Virus record (IMG/VR): IMGVR_UViG_3300045988_095739
Location: 1 to 40,162 of that record
Direction: 5' to 3' (one strand)
Source of the DNA: a virus
Length of the DNA: 40,162 nucleotides
Position numbers and translations under genes: made by a program. Each line of letters begins with the position of its first letter. Position 1 is the stretch's first letter. The notes beneath the pieces are model-generated. The model saw only the letters and a program-made list of their open reading frames with translations. It was not told the origin of the DNA and searched no databases. Shown here in pieces: positions 25,887-35,520 of the stretch.

Positions 25887-25916
25887 ATAAAAATAGCCGC
25901 ATTTCTGCGACTACGT
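25883..25916 (-). terminator. Conserved hairpin/T-run element, copy C (GTAGTCGCAgaaaTGCGGCTATTTTTATATGG) immediately upstream of the XhlA-like gene
   Basis: See the finding on the AAAAATAGCCRC element. Confidence 0.45.
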
Positions 25917-25960
25917 TATGTTGTTATTGTACCACGATTTACCGGTCGGCAATAGCCTGG

Positions 25961-26878
25961 CTACTTCACGTATCTTAGTGTCAGTACAAACTCGCTCTTC
26001 CCCCATGTAAATGAGCCAGCAAAGCGAACTTGCGTCTTTGTCACGAGCGATAAGCCTAGACGGTGGTTGGGTTCAATATGCGGAATCACACATTTTAGCC
26101 CTGAGCTTCCTATCACACCGCCCATTACAATCGATCCAGTGAAAGATAATACTACAAAAGCGTCTGTCATGCCGACAATCCCATGGTCGAAGTAGACGTC
26201 TTGATTAGCATTGATGAATATGCTGCCTTTAATAGTTTTCTCATACACCGTCCGACCATCTATATACTTGACACCAGTATCGACCTCATCAGTAGAGTAG
26301 TCGCCTCGCGCAGTAGCACTCATATTCCGTGATTCGATAATACCATTGCCAATTTGGCTGCTATTACCAATCAGCACTCGTGATCGCAAGTCGGTGATAT
26401 TGCTCTTTGTCAGCGACGACGCCATCTGCGGTACGGTAACGCGCGCTAATATAATATACGGATTTCCTGCACCGATTTTCGATTGAATTGTTGCAGTTGT
26501 CGGATCTGTCGGCGTAGCCGATGGCGTGCCGGCGACAGACGCAAGCTTCAGTACACCATTCGTATTATCAATAACAGTCGTCGTTGGCGTGACTTTACTA
26601 TCGATGTACGCAACAATTAGATCATGACGCTCGTTTGATGGCGACGCTGCAGTAATTGCGACTTCCTCGTCAGCGTCAATTTGAATAAGCCGCGAGAAGT
26701 TCTGTCCCGTCTTGATTTGTCCCGTGCCAGGCTTCACTAGCACTTTCAACCCTGTCGTGTCGGTTGGTTCGACATTCAACCCTGCAGCTACGTCGCCATC
26801 GAATGCTGCCGATAAGAATGCCGATAGCGCTGCGGCACTGTGCCTACCGCCCTGCATGTTGAATACTTTTCTGCTCAT
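25961..26878 (-). CDS. Tail fibre / receptor-binding-like protein (305 aa)
   Basis: Ser/Thr/Gly-rich beta-type sequence in the distal tail module. Confidence 0.5.
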   Translation of the reverse strand: MSRKVFNMQGGRHSAAALSAFLSAAFDGDVAAGLNVEPTDTTGLKVLVKPGTGQIKTGQNFSRLIQIDADEEVAITAASPSNERHDLIVAYIDSKVTPTTTVIDNTNGVLKLASVAGTPSATPTDPTTATIQSKIGAGNPYIILARVTVPQMASSLTKSNITDLRSRVLIGNSSQIGNGIIESRNMSATARGDYSTDEVDTGVKYIDGRTVYEKTIKGSIFINANQDVYFDHGIVGMTDAFVVLSFTGSIVMGGVIGSSGLKCVIPHIEPNHRLGLSLVTKTQVRFAGSFTWGKSEFVLTLRYVK

Positions 26879-26959
26879 TTCGTCGCTCCTGTTCGTTTAT
26901 TACATAGCGCGAAAAAGAAAAAAGCGTAACTCTTGTCCGACGCTACGCTGTTATCATCA

Positions 26960-27415
26960 TTATACAATAGTCACTGTACCCTTACCAGTTGCCAGCACGT
27001 AGAACTTCAATTGAAAACGAATCGGCACGCCATAGCCGCCACTGTATGGTACGTTGACATTCCACTCCTGCGCGAGAGGGTCGATAACTTGTTTACGCAG
27101 GATAATAGGCCGCAGACGCAGGTTGTCAATCCATTGATAGTTGCCTGTCGCTAATTGCATCACTCCCACACGAAATGCCGCAGGAGGCTTGCCGTCTATA
27201 GGCTTGTCTGGTACAAACCTGATTGTCAGCGTTTTGGTGATTTCAATATAGTCGGCCGGTACAGTGAAGTCCAAGTCCCACTCAAGACTACTCTGTAGTT
27301 TTTCTGTCCGCACTACATCCGAGCCGACGATCTGCGTATGGTGCAATTCTGTCAGCTGCTGCTCGATGTTCGCCAGTATGTCGTAAATATCCTCTTGTTC
27401 GGCTAGTCGACTCAT
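26960..27415 (-). CDS. Small tail/baseplate protein, paralog 3 (151 aa)
   Basis: Shares the N-terminal helix motif MSRLAEQEDIYDILANIEQQLTELHHTQ with the two upstream genes. Confidence 0.5.
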   Translation of the reverse strand: MSRLAEQEDIYDILANIEQQLTELHHTQIVGSDVVRTEKLQSSLEWDLDFTVPADYIEITKTLTIRFVPDKPIDGKPPAAFRVGVMQLATGNYQWIDNLRLRPIILRKQVIDPLAQEWNVNVPYSGGYGVPIRFQLKFYVLATGKGTVTIV

Positions 27416-27417
27416 GG

Positions 27418-27849
27418 TTATGCTCCTCTCTCAGCGGTTATTGTCACCGGTATATTCGCTACCACCTGTACCTTTATTGATACGCTTGAGCCAACTGTAT
27501 TAAATACCGGTACATACCACTGCATACGGTTACTCACTGTCGCCGGCTGCGGAATCTCTACGAAATCGCCGCCAATCGGCATATTTACGCTGTATTTTGG
27601 TATTAAATCAGCCACCAAATTACTACCCTCGACTGCTTCAGCGGTAATAACGGCCACATTCCAGCCTGGCGAGTCGGGGAACTGTCCGGCATTGTTTGTC
27701 GGTAGCGTAATATCCCACTCTTTGCCGCTATCCTGCGAGAACATTACCACCTGGTTAGATCCGATAGGTTGCCTGGTCTTCAGCTCTTCTATGTCACGCC
27801 GCAGTTCTACAATTCTCTGAATGATATTGTCTGCTGTTCGTTGTATCAT
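27418..27849 (-). CDS. Small tail/baseplate protein, paralog 2 (143 aa)
   Basis: N-terminal MIQRTADNIIQRIVELRRDIEELKTRQ. Confidence 0.5.
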   Translation of the reverse strand: MIQRTADNIIQRIVELRRDIEELKTRQPIGSNQVVMFSQDSGKEWDITLPTNNAGQFPDSPGWNVAVITAEAVEGSNLVADLIPKYSVNMPIGGDFVEIPQPATVSNRMQWYVPVFNTVGSSVSIKVQVVANIPVTITAERGA

Positions 27850-27851
27850 CG

Positions 27852-28436
27852 CTACGTCCTATATGATTTTATCTTTACCGACACTTCGCCGCGGTCTGTC
27901 GAACGCAGGCGAAATCTTACGTTTAATGTTGGTGAGTGGTCTGATGAATTTGTCGTATAGTTTGCCGAGGCGCGCCATTTATACAGCAATTTTCCTGCTG
28001 CATAATCAGTCAGTTCAGCGACATTGCTCATATACAATACCGCATTGCTCTTGCTAGCGACTGAACGAAACCCCATACCGAGCGATGGCGAATAAAACGG
28101 CCGCCACTCCGCACCATCGATAGACAATTCAATAAACGGATAAATGATAGGCGCGTTCTGCTTGCTTGGCGTATATGAATACTCTAACTCAAGTAGGTTA
28201 CCCGTCATAGCGTTTGGTGTTGGCGGTAATTGTAGCGCATTCGTACGAGTTGTCGCACCATTATGATCCACCCACTCTACTTCTTGCCAGCTGTCCGATT
28301 CCGGCACTTGGTATGTTAGCACGCCGGAACGGTTGCTTGTTGGCTGCGGTGTCGTCTTCAGCTCTAACAATTGCTGCTCCAGGCGCTGTACCCAGCTCAT
28401 CAGATATTGCGACTGGTGTTCGTCTAAACGGCTCAT
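27852..28436 (-). CDS. Small tail/baseplate protein, paralog 1 (194 aa)
   Basis: N-terminal MSRLDEHQSQYLMSWVQRLEQQLLELKTTPQ. Confidence 0.5.
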   Translation of the reverse strand: MSRLDEHQSQYLMSWVQRLEQQLLELKTTPQPTSNRSGVLTYQVPESDSWQEVEWVDHNGATTRTNALQLPPTPNAMTGNLLELEYSYTPSKQNAPIIYPFIELSIDGAEWRPFYSPSLGMGFRSVASKSNAVLYMSNVAELTDYAAGKLLYKWRASANYTTNSSDHSPTLNVRFRLRSTDRGEVSVKIKSYRT

Positions 28437-29518
28437 GTTCCGTTTTCTGCCTCTTGCTGCTCGATAATCTTGTCAATATCAATATCATCGAATGTTATTG
28501 TCGGCCGCTCGCTGTCATTGTCGTCTACAGACACTTCCAGCTTTTCTATGCGATAGTTGCCGCGAATGTGGTTAAACACCTCGTAGCCATTCAATTCTGC
28601 ATACACCGTATCGCCAACGTGTAGTACGTTCAGGTCAAGCACGTCGTTCTGTATTGTCAGCACTGGTAATTCATAAATGTGCTTCGCTACTTCCCGAACG
28701 CCGTCAGCGTTCTGTTGTAATGTGTCCATGTGCTCTACCGAATTAAATGTCACCAATTTCTCGCGGCGATACTGCGCGCGCATGCAATCAACGTCTTCCG
28801 ACGTCGTCATGATAGCGTCATCGCCATTACCGCTGCCGATAGCGATGATATGGTTGGCAAGCGACGCTGCCGACCGCTCGAAGTCGAACGATGACACGTT
28901 GCCTGGCCATATCAGCCGAATATCAGGTCGATACGACCCCATAGCGTCGTATGTGTTAAACTTTTTGTCCGGCGTGAACTGTATGTCAGGGCCTTTGATT
29001 ACGTTCGTCATACGCACTATAAAATCTTTCACTCTTGCGCGCACTTGGTTGCGTTGCCGCTTCATGCCTCGCGATACGTAGTCGCCCTTTCGTATGCCGA
29101 AGTCGCCGTACGGCTTCTTCTGGTATTGATCTATCACCCGCCATAGTATTTCACCCTGGTCGACGTCATTCTGAGATACATCTACAAACGCATCCTTGAA
29201 GTAGTTCAAATAGCCGGTACAGCTCACTTCCACCTTTACCGATGGATCGTCCGGTGTGTAGTGTAGCTTCACAACATGCGCACCAATTCGTTCCACGCCA
29301 TCCCGCACCAGGCGAATATCAGTAACCGCAGAGTCCATGAAATCATACGGCGTCATATTTATTTTCTTCAAATACGCCTCGTACTCGCCTAGATCCATAT
29401 CAAACGACACTGTTTCAGCTGCATTGCGCTGCTCTGTCCACTTCAGGTTATGTGCGAGATGCCTTATGTCGCCTAAACAGCTGCCAGATTTGTTCCAGAC
29501 TTCTATTCTGTAGCTCAT
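28433..29518 (-). CDS. Tail-associated / baseplate hub protein (Tal-like, 361 aa)
   Basis: Size and position after the Dit-like protein and tape measure. Confidence 0.5.
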   Translation of the reverse strand: MSYRIEVWNKSGSCLGDIRHLAHNLKWTEQRNAAETVSFDMDLGEYEAYLKKINMTPYDFMDSAVTDIRLVRDGVERIGAHVVKLHYTPDDPSVKVEVSCTGYLNYFKDAFVDVSQNDVDQGEILWRVIDQYQKKPYGDFGIRKGDYVSRGMKRQRNQVRARVKDFIVRMTNVIKGPDIQFTPDKKFNTYDAMGSYRPDIRLIWPGNVSSFDFERSAASLANHIIAIGSGNGDDAIMTTSEDVDCMRAQYRREKLVTFNSVEHMDTLQQNADGVREVAKHIYELPVLTIQNDVLDLNVLHVGDTVYAELNGYEVFNHIRGNYRIEKLEVSVDDNDSERPTITFDDIDIDKIIEQQEAENGT

Positions 29519-29520
29519 AG

Positions 29521-30348
29521 CTATATTCCTATCGACCCGCTGCGGTATCGCACCTCAGCTTCAGTTTTTTCGCTCAATACATCAGTCACCAGCTCTACGA
29601 TATTATCGCCAGGAACAAGTCCCCAAAACTCTGATCCAGCAGAACGCAGTCCGTAGATATCCAGTCCGTTGTACATCACAATTCCGTTAAACATATCAAT
29701 ACGCAGTTCATCGCCGTCGTTTGTCTGAATTTCGATTTTTATCATCTTGTCGGTCGTTCGATTGATGAGCTGCGGGTTCGTGCCGCGCGTTTTTATAGTG
29801 ATAATCGGCTTTACTGTTTCGTTGCCGGCGTTCACGATTTGCGTTGACAACGAGCCTCCGCTGATGTCCAGCGGAATGTCAAACGGTATATCAAAACCGC
29901 CCTCGACGGTCTTACGAATAATCGCGGCAATGTCGCCGTCAGTATTGTCATATAGTATCGGGTCGTCTGCTCTCAGGTTAATTTTATAGTCGATTCGGTT
30001 CATGATACGCGTTATCGGCGCGGGAGCGTCTAACACTACCACGTTTGTTACGTATTCATGACCGCCTAGCGTCACGATACGCAGCGTCAGACGGCGTTTG
30101 TGCAGTACACTGGCAAATTCCCTGCGTTTCGCCTCTACGTCGGCTATAGAACGCCCATAAATCCAAACAGGGAACGATATAAAGCGCGCGTCATAGCATT
30201 GTTTACTCGTCCAGCCGCCATCGCGGCCGATATTTGAGCCGCTCGAAGTACGTATACCAGGTAATCCAGCCAATCCCTCCACCGGATCACCCAAATACAC
30301 GCCGTTTGCTGGGTCGTTTACCTTGAATTCGTCCAAATATAGCTCCAT
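29521..30348 (-). CDS. Distal tail protein (Dit-like, 275 aa)
   Basis: Size and position immediately after the tape measure gene. Confidence 0.55.
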   Translation of the reverse strand: MELYLDEFKVNDPANGVYLGDPVEGLAGLPGIRTSSGSNIGRDGGWTSKQCYDARFISFPVWIYGRSIADVEAKRREFASVLHKRRLTLRIVTLGGHEYVTNVVVLDAPAPITRIMNRIDYKINLRADDPILYDNTDGDIAAIIRKTVEGGFDIPFDIPLDISGGSLSTQIVNAGNETVKPIITIKTRGTNPQLINRTTDKMIKIEIQTNDGDELRIDMFNGIVMYNGLDIYGLRSAGSEFWGLVPGDNIVELVTDVLSEKTEAEVRYRSGSIGI

Positions 30349-30360
30349 ACGTTATTCCTC

Positions 30361-32916
30361 CTACAGCTGGCTCGCTAGATACCCCATATCGCTGGCAATT
30401 CGTTGCGCGTCTACCTGCGTCTTCACGTTGTATTCGTTGTTTATGGTGACATTCTTCGATGGCGCGCCGTTACGGCCGTCTGTGCGTGCTATCACCTGCG
30501 CTATGAGGCTTGCCATTTTACTTTCCGGCACTACCCACTCTGCTTGCCCGCCCTCTGCTACGACAACATGTTGTCCGCCTGGCGTTGGCGGGATGATACC
30601 GCCGGTAGCAAGTTGAGGAATTGTTGGAATATTAGGGGTCTTGCCTCCTAATCCTGGCACCCAATCAGGCACTTTTAGCCGGTTAATACCCCCGATTACA
30701 GCATTTATGCCGCTAATGATAGCGTTTATCGGCCCTTTGATAATTCCGCCAATCGTACCCATCACATTGCCGATACCTCTAACCAAGCCGGACAATCCAT
30801 TGAGTACGCCGTTCCACAGTCCGCCAAAGAATCGCGCTACTGGCTGGATGACGTTATTATTGATCCAGTTAGCAATAGGACTTAGCACACCTGAAACTGA
30901 GTTAAAGAAACTTTGCGCGCCGCTAACAATACCGTTCCATAAACCTGAAAAGAAGTTACCGATAGGCGTTGTGACATTCGCTGAAAACCAGTCGGCAATA
31001 GGCGATACCACGCCCATGACAGAGGCTACGAAATTCGTCACACCCTGAACGATGCCGTTCCACAGGTCGACGAAGAACTGTGCCACCGGTTGAATAACAT
31101 TATCGTAAATCCATCCGGCTATTATGCCAATTAAAGCAAAGTAAGCCTGTACAGCTTCCGCCACGACAGAAACTATAGTCGACATAATACCCACAACGGC
31201 CGAAACAATACCGCTTACTACTCCAATGATGAAATTAACAATATCGCCAATATGCTTCGCTATTTCAGTAACAACACCGACGATTATAGCAACAAGCCCC
31301 ATAACACCTTTAGCAATGAATTCTACGACTGTCGCGACAATAGCGACCACTGCAATGAATAGTCCAGAAATCACACGCCAGATAGTATCAAATATCGGCG
31401 TAAGGAAGTTGATTACAGGCTTCAGCGCGGCAGAAATACCATCAGCGACTTGTTTGAAAAACCCGACTATCTTGCCGACGATACTGCTAACCGTGTTTAT
31501 GATGGAACCGATTACGGTAGCTATTGTCTGTACAACCGGCTTCAATGCCTCGCTCGCTTTCCCTGCGAAGTCCGCGATAGCGCCAGCGACTGCACCGGCT
31601 ACTTCAGATATTTTGTTGAATGCCGGTTCAAGCTTTTTCAGCACATCGCCGATAAACTTACCGACTACTTCGGCTGCTCCTTTGATTTTATTCCACGCAC
31701 CAATGAAGAAATTACGAAATCCCTCTACGTTGTTCCAAAGATATATAAATGCCCCGACAAGCAATGCGATCACACCGATAATGATAGTGACGATTCTGAC
31801 GATAGGATTGTTACCTATAACCTTGTTAAAAACGTCTATCGCAACTGAGGCGACTGTAGTGACGGCTTCCAGTATTGTCGTAACAGTCGTCCACGCTTTC
31901 GTTGATGCTATAGACAGCTTGACTGCGGCGTCATGAGCTAATACCGCCGCCGTGAATGCACCGACTGCGACAGCAACAACCGCAAACGCTTCCTTGTTCT
32001 GTTTGACGAATTTAATGAAATCAGCTACCTTGTTTAGTATTTTTTCCATCTGTACGCCAAATCCACCCGCAGCACTGTTCATATCACCCGACCCGAGCGC
32101 CTCAATAATATTCGCAACACCGCGCGTCACCGCCGTCTTTGCATTTTCCATGCCAGTGGCGATACCGCCCGTTGCGTTCTTTGCCTGCTGGGCAAATGTT
32201 GGTAATCCTCCTGTGCCCTCAGTATTCAGCCTGATAAGCGCATCGCTTAGCTGATCCATCGTAATATTGCCGTTCTTGATTTCCTCGTACAGCGCGTTTG
32301 CGTCGACTTGTCCCATCGACTTTGCGAGTTGATCCATCTGTGCCGGCATAGCGGTCATAGCGGTACGCCATTCCATCAAGTCCGGCTTGCCGCGTGCGAA
32401 TGCTTGGCTCAACTGCTCCATTGCAGCCGACTGAATTGTTGATGACGCACCACCGGCGATAATGGCATTATTAAGCGCTAGGAATATATCAGTCGCCCTG
32501 CCGACGTCCTTTGTTTTCATTGTCAGACGTTGAATCGACATTGCGGCATCGTCCAGGCTTGTCGGCAGCCCTTTTAATCCATCAGAGGCGCGTTTAATAG
32601 CAGCTTGTGCTTTGTCGGTAGAGATACCAACGTTACTCATGACACGCGGGAAGTTCTTCAGCGTATCGACGCGTTTAATAGCACCATCGACAGAATTGCT
32701 GATCATGTCGATACCCTTATGAATTCCTGCTGATATCAAGTTACCAGCAGCAACCGACACTGCACTGCTAAATTTGTTAAAGCCCCTTGCACTCTTGTTG
32801 CCAGTCTTTTCGGCTTTACCAGTAAATTTATCAACAGCCGAGCTCGCCTGGCTGAGCGCTTGAACAAGCTGGCTGCTGTTGCCTCTAATTGTCAGTGTTA
32901 TTTCGTTGCTGGCCAT
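30361..32916 (-). CDS. Tail tape measure protein (851 aa)
   Basis: Long alpha-helical, Ala/Gly/Ile-rich protein with a hydrophobic central segment and repeated W-N-G-I-V motifs. It follows the G/GT chaperone. Confidence 0.9.
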   Translation of the reverse strand: MASNEITLTIRGNSSQLVQALSQASSAVDKFTGKAEKTGNKSARGFNKFSSAVSVAAGNLISAGIHKGIDMISNSVDGAIKRVDTLKNFPRVMSNVGISTDKAQAAIKRASDGLKGLPTSLDDAAMSIQRLTMKTKDVGRATDIFLALNNAIIAGGASSTIQSAAMEQLSQAFARGKPDLMEWRTAMTAMPAQMDQLAKSMGQVDANALYEEIKNGNITMDQLSDALIRLNTEGTGGLPTFAQQAKNATGGIATGMENAKTAVTRGVANIIEALGSGDMNSAAGGFGVQMEKILNKVADFIKFVKQNKEAFAVVAVAVGAFTAAVLAHDAAVKLSIASTKAWTTVTTILEAVTTVASVAIDVFNKVIGNNPIVRIVTIIIGVIALLVGAFIYLWNNVEGFRNFFIGAWNKIKGAAEVVGKFIGDVLKKLEPAFNKISEVAGAVAGAIADFAGKASEALKPVVQTIATVIGSIINTVSSIVGKIVGFFKQVADGISAALKPVINFLTPIFDTIWRVISGLFIAVVAIVATVVEFIAKGVMGLVAIIVGVVTEIAKHIGDIVNFIIGVVSGIVSAVVGIMSTIVSVVAEAVQAYFALIGIIAGWIYDNVIQPVAQFFVDLWNGIVQGVTNFVASVMGVVSPIADWFSANVTTPIGNFFSGLWNGIVSGAQSFFNSVSGVLSPIANWINNNVIQPVARFFGGLWNGVLNGLSGLVRGIGNVMGTIGGIIKGPINAIISGINAVIGGINRLKVPDWVPGLGGKTPNIPTIPQLATGGIIPPTPGGQHVVVAEGGQAEWVVPESKMASLIAQVIARTDGRNGAPSKNVTINNEYNVKTQVDAQRIASDMGYLASQL

Positions 32917-32917
32917 G

Positions 32918-33141
32918 TTAGTATTTCTTTTTTACCGCTTCATCATAAGCTTCTTTTTCTAGTTTGTTTTCTACCATCCGCTTTGCCATGATTGCCTCTA
33001 TCAACCATTCCGGCGAGTCTAGGTAATCATCGTATGTCCATCCGTAGTCTTTCAATATGCTGGCAATAATGATTTCCTGAGACACCGGCGACTGCGTTCG
33101 GTATGCTCGCTCATAATCCTGAGCGAGTTCTGTTATTCTTT
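32918..33141 (-). other. T-extension frame of tail assembly chaperone (G-T product via -1 frameshift)
   Basis: The -1 frame is open from the slippery site to a TAA 1 nt before the tape-measure ATG. It encodes KRITELAQDYERAYRTQSPVSQEIIIASILKDYGWTYDDYLDSPEWLIEAIMAKRMVENKLEKEAYDEAVKKKY. Confidence 0.55.
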
Positions 33142-33426
33142 TGGGTCTTTCGGTACCAGAGTCTTTTGAATCGCTTCAGAAATAACCATGAAATCGTCGC
33201 CATCCGTTGAGTTCATCAACGCCTCAAACGCGGCTTCAGTGCCGTCAGCATCTTTGTATCGAACGAGGAGCGATTTAATACCGAACTCTATCGCCTTATC
33301 AACATCATCACGCACCTTTGCGAATTGCACGCGCGTACGGTTGGTGATTCCTGCCTTAAGCGCCGCATCTCCACCGCTTGGTAGTTTGATTATTTGGATT
33401 TCGTCCACTGAAATGCTCCTTTTCAT
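33133..33426 (-). CDS. Tail assembly chaperone (gpG-like, 97 aa)
   Basis: Small acidic protein immediately upstream of the tape measure. The slippery heptamer C-CCA-AAA sits two codons before its stop at 33139-33145. Confidence 0.65.
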   Translation of the reverse strand: MKRSISVDEIQIIKLPSGGDAALKAGITNRTRVQFAKVRDDVDKAIEFGIKSLLVRYKDADGTEAAFEALMNSTDGDDFMVISEAIQKTLVPKDPKE

Positions 33427-33461
33427 ATTAAAAAGGTCGAGCGACGACCAGCAAATCTAAA

Positions 33462-33520
33462 CCAAAAGAAAAACGTGGACGTTTTTCGACCACGTTTGTT
33501 ATTTCTGATTATAACACAGT
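33462..33520. repeat. Copy 2 of a ~60-nt intergenic element (minus sense: TGTTATAAT extended -10, hairpin, T-run)
   Basis: Roughly 75 percent identical to 35461-35520. Both lie in intergenic gaps of the tail module. Confidence 0.55.
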
Positions 33521-33537
33521 TCTAATGCACACCGCTG

Positions 33538-34146
33538 TTAAATCTCTATCTTCTCTGGCTTTTCATGCGTATGGTTGATAACAGATATCCTAAACTTCTT
33601 GTTCGCCTTGATAAGCAAGTTATTACCGGTATTGATGATTGATCCGGACGTCGACCTTGTATTGTCGATGTGCGATTTATATTCAAGCACTATGTCGCCA
33701 CTCTTTGTTTTGAGGGTTGATATTAGCTCAAGCTTACTGTCGACTTTCTTTTTCTTCATGCCGAGCGAGAATATACCAAACGCTGCTGCGCGCGTTAGTG
33801 TGACGCGCCCTGATTCGTTAGACTGCTGGTTTTCTGTGTATGAAAAATCCTTGACAGATGTCCACGGGACGGTGGTTAGCAATTCTTTTCTCTTGTTGAA
33901 CGGTCCCCCCCTGAAGAGGTCGATACCATCAGCGTGGGCGAGCATCGTGAAGTATTTAATATGCTCTGGGATTGCTTTGTGGCTACCAAAGTACTCACCA
34001 TCAATCTGGACAGGATTGTCCCGCTTATATATTTCTTTTGCCGCCTTGATTGCCGCTTTTTTCTCGGCTTTATCTTTTATTTGGCGGGCTTGCTTGATGG
34101 CGTCGCCATAGCGATCCCACATCTCTTTCTCTCGCTGTCTACTCAT
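33538..34146 (-). CDS. Hypothetical Lys-rich protein (202 aa), moron-like insertion between major tail and chaperone genes
   Basis: No tail-protein character. Preceded by TGATATAAT, whose -10 hexamer ends 6 nt before the ATG (leaderless-type arrangement). Flanked by non-coding gaps on both sides. Confidence 0.5.
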   Translation of the reverse strand: MSRQREKEMWDRYGDAIKQARQIKDKAEKKAAIKAAKEIYKRDNPVQIDGEYFGSHKAIPEHIKYFTMLAHADGIDLFRGGPFNKRKELLTTVPWTSVKDFSYTENQQSNESGRVTLTRAAAFGIFSLGMKKKKVDSKLELISTLKTKSGDIVLEYKSHIDNTRSTSGSIINTGNNLLIKANKKFRISVINHTHEKPEKIEI

Positions 34147-34152
34147 GACGTC

Positions 34153-34161
34153 ATTATATCA
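34153..34161 (-). promoter_or_regulatory. Extended -10 element TGATATAAT 6 nt upstream of the ATG of the 202-aa gene (leaderless transcript predicted)
   Basis: Reverse complement of 34153-34161. Confidence 0.4.
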
Positions 34162-34250
34162 TTTTATACGCCATAACCAGCCATAGTTTTCATCCACACG
34201 TAAATAGAGCCACCTCAGCAGCTCTATATTACCGCATTTTCAGTAGTGAA

Positions 34251-35246
34251 CTAGTACGTGTACTTGTTCACCAATGTCGCCGTCACGCTCTTAGAGAAGT
34301 CCTCTACGTCCAGCAACATAGCGAAGTTTATTGTCTCGGTTGAGATATCGCTCAAGCCGTAGCTTGGCTCACGACTACCGAATGCCGCACGAGATATATC
34401 AATCGTCAAGCTTGTCGGCGTCGTGTTGCCTGCCATGTTCTGCGGGTCAGAAAGAGTGAACCGCATTGCTTTCACGGCGTCGTTTAGCACGTAACCGCGA
34501 TACGTCGTGTCGTTGTATAGCTTCTCAAAGCTACCGCTTACTTCGAAGTCCGTATTCAGGATTTCGCTATACGTCACCTCGTTCGCCGTACCAGTCGGCA
34601 TAGTCTGCTGCGGCGATAGCGTCTTAGTGAATGTAAGCGTAAAGCTTTTAATATCCGTCAGCGCAGGAGCGGCTGCTAAACCTGCCAACTTGTCAGCAAT
34701 GCGTAACTGCGCATGTTTCGGTAAGAACTCCTTGTCCACGACGTATGCGACAGTGTTCGTCGCCGTTACAGAGCGCCTAGATTTGATCGGGAACTCAATC
34801 TTTGGATAGCTATCAGGACTCCAGGTGATTGTGAACGATTCTGGCAGTGCGTATGGAAATCGCACGTCCAGATTCGGCTCTTTGATGGCCAACGTTGCCG
34901 ATAGGTGTTGGTTGTCGTCCTGGAGCGTAAAATTATGGCTTTTAGCGTTCGTGTCGCCTGTTACCGGCGTTGTTGCCGGTTTCTTGCCGAATACGAGCGA
35001 CAGGAAGTAGTAGATGCCTTTGATAAACATCTTACCGCTTACACTACCATCACCAGCTACAAGCGTAGTAACCTTATCGTTGTTCTTGATGATAGTACCA
35101 AGCGCAGACTCGTTGTAGAGCGCTGTATCAGCATCCTTAATACTCAAGTCCAGGTGCGGATACCAGTATTCCGGAGCAACTGGCGTGCCTTTGGTTGCTT
35201 CAAGCCCGATACCGACGGCGACCTTTCGCCCACTAAACTTTGCCAT
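34251..35246 (-). CDS. Major tail (tube) protein (331 aa)
   Basis: Position between the head-tail joining genes and the chaperone/tape measure. Thr/Ser-rich beta-type sequence. Confidence 0.65.
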   Translation of the reverse strand: MAKFSGRKVAVGIGLEATKGTPVAPEYWYPHLDLSIKDADTALYNESALGTIIKNNDKVTTLVAGDGSVSGKMFIKGIYYFLSLVFGKKPATTPVTGDTNAKSHNFTLQDDNQHLSATLAIKEPNLDVRFPYALPESFTITWSPDSYPKIEFPIKSRRSVTATNTVAYVVDKEFLPKHAQLRIADKLAGLAAAPALTDIKSFTLTFTKTLSPQQTMPTGTANEVTYSEILNTDFEVSGSFEKLYNDTTYRGYVLNDAVKAMRFTLSDPQNMAGNTTPTSLTIDISRAAFGSREPSYGLSDISTETINFAMLLDVEDFSKSVTATLVNKYTY

Positions 35247-35247
35247 G

Positions 35248-35417
35248 TTAGTTTTTCTCCTTATTGTTACGGTTTGCTATCGCGATCGCCTCTTCAAGCG
35301 ACTCAGCGTCAACTGGTATTCCCAATTCGGGAAAATAGAAATGCTGCAGGTCTTTACTCTTCTCTTCCTGCTTCTCAACTGATTCCTCTGGTTGTTCCTC
35401 TGTTTGTTTTGTAGCCA
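35248..35417 (-). CDS. Small acidic protein (56 aa; track ORF extends to 35493)
   Basis: RBS GGAAAGAG before ATG 35417 (MATKQTEEQPEE...). Confidence 0.4.
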
Positions 35418-35460
35418 TATACTCTTTCCTTTTTGACAAAATATGGCTGATAAGTTTAAG

Positions 35461-35520
35461 CCAAAGAAAAACGCGGCCGTCCTTGTCAACCACGTTTGTT
35501 ACCTCTGATTATAGCATAGC
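35461..35520. repeat. Copy 1 of the ~60-nt intergenic element (minus sense: TGCTATAAT extended -10, hairpin, T-run)
   Basis: See copy 2. Confidence 0.55.
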
